A DNA stretch of 64,000 nucleotides. It comes from Basidiobolus meristosporus CBS 931.73 (lineage: Eukaryota; Fungi; Basidiobolomycota). Below, piece after piece: positions 63,002 to 64,000 of this stretch (its first letter is position 1; each line of letters begins with the position of its first letter). Below the pieces are notes generated by a model. That model did not search any database and was not told the DNA's origin. It saw nothing but the letters and a program-made list of their open reading frames with translations. The stretch lies in NCBI GenBank assembly GCA_002104905.1, contig MCFE01000410.1, positions 15,839 to 79,838 on the forward strand. The letters are read 5' to 3'. The position numbers and the translations under genes are program-made.

Positions 63002-63191
63002 ATCTCCCAATGAGCACACATCAATTTATTAATCAAATCTTGCTGGATCCAGGATTTGAACCCACAACCATGGGTATGGAAGGGTTAGGGATAACCACAA
63101 GGCTAAGTGTTCTTGGTTAGGGTTAGGGTAGGGGGGGAGACAGTCACTAATAGGTGAAATCTTTATTTCAGTTGAAACAAAGAAGCCAGCG

Positions 63192-63770
63192 CTACTGTTG
63201 TAGCTTTGATACAAGAGTGTGTAGCTGAGGGGAATTTGTAGGTAAGTTAATAAGAAGTGATGATAGTTCTTCAGTGCTCAAGACACTGTTCAGTGGGAAG
63301 GGGGGTAGCAAGAGAGGTAAGAATGACTTGTGAACAACATTAATGAGGGGAATGTGATAAGGATTGATATTCATCATAAAAGGAGTGTGCTGCTGCAGAT
63401 ATTGCTGCCAAAGGTCTGTCAAGTACTTCAGGTAGGCCAGCTTGGGTTTTTCTGACTGCAGAATAAATTCAGCAAACATCTTGACTTCAGGATCTCCAAG
63501 TATAGTTCTCCAGCAGGAGTCAGGTGTAGTGTGGTGTGTTCTCTTCCAGGCCTTAATCAGTGGGTTGTTGCAGTTGTGAAGTCTGAGGTATAATCTGGTT
63601 CTAAGGTAGAGAAGTCTGATCTTATAGGGCATAAACCCAAAAACACCAAGAATAGCATGTCTGTAGGGGCATTCAGGCAAATGAGGCACCAAGGAGGTAA
63701 TGCACCATACTGCAAACTTGTCAAGCTTAGTGCAGTCTCTAGAAGTAAGAGAGAGAAGTGGTAAGCCAAA
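63192..63770 (-). CDS. 5'-truncated C-terminal ORF fragment resembling a LINE reverse-transcriptase thumb region (about 192 aa plus stop)
   Basis: Open from the telomere junction: FGLPLLSLTSRDCTKLDKFAVWCITSL...AILGVFGFMPYKIRLLYLRTRLYLRL; stop TAG at 63192-63194, then AATAAA. Confidence 0.6.
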   Translation of the reverse strand, partial: FGLPLLSLTSRDCTKLDKFAVWCITSLVPHLPECPYRHAILGVFGFMPYKIRLLYLRTRLYLRLHNCNNPLIKAWKRTHHTTPDSCWRTILGDPEVKMFAEFILQSEKPKLAYLKYLTDLWQQYLQQHTPFMMNINPYHIPLINVVHKSFLPLLLPPFPLNSVLSTEELSSLLINLPTNSPQLHTLVSKLQQ

Positions 63771-63771
63771 T

Positions 63772-64000
63772 TTAGGGTTAGGGTTAGGGTTAGGGTTAGG
63801 GTTAGGGTTAGGGTTAGGGTTAGGGTTAGGGTTAGGGTTAGGGTTAGGGTTAGGGTTAGGGTTAGGGTTAGGGTTAGGGTTAGGGTTAGGGTTAGGGTTA
63901 GGGTTAGGGTTAGGGTTAGGGTTAGGGTTAGGGTTAGGGTTAGGGTTAGGGTTAGGGTTAGGGTTAGGGTTAGGGTTAGGGTTAGGGTTAGGGTTAGGGT
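63772..64000 (+). repeat. Telomere (TTAGGG)n, 38 full repeats
   Basis: Perfect TTAGGG array to the window end. Confidence 0.99.

Larger units (their letters stand above)
60874..63771 (-). mobile_element. Head-to-tail array of 5'-truncated, telomere-associated non-LTR retroelement-like units
   Basis: Five copies of a G-run-AG(G/A)(A/C)AGTCAC...GTGAAATCTTTA terminus at about 60874, 61137, 62167, 62582 and 63115; four are preceded by GGGTTA-type repeats. Confidence 0.75.

Overview
This window is the terminal 64 kb of a fungal chromosome arm, ending in about 38 TTAGGG repeats. The gene content fits an early-diverging fungus (Zoopagomycota/Mucoromycota-like), which is inference only. It has three compartments. 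(1) 1-27.6 kb is a CpG-eroded transposon graveyard: two Ty3/gypsy relics, two rearranged CACTA/tnp2 copies, nested solo LTRs and Copia solo LTRs. (2) 27.7-56.6 kb is a mostly CpG-rich gene island: a Yvc1-like TRP channel, a ZIP zinc transporter, secreted proteins including five near-identical tandem Cys-rich genes, a DUF3472 gene, urease, two DUF3291 copies, tRNA-Pro, tRNA-Arg and an atypical U6 snRNA. (3) 57.6-64 kb is a Copia element cut off by a telomere seed, followed by a head-to-tail array of 5'-truncated units. These units carry a conserved AATAAA/stem-loop/C-run terminus, four of five fused to telomeric repeats, and the last has a LINE-like ORF open up to the telomere. The best candidate for an undescribed system is this telomere-targeted non-LTR retroelement family. 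Other strong leads are an LTR family inserting at CpG-centred 4-bp sites, the gene-converted secreted-protein array with a conserved GCCAAG promoter footprint, and the U6 variant. All calls are by eye; no database searches were run.
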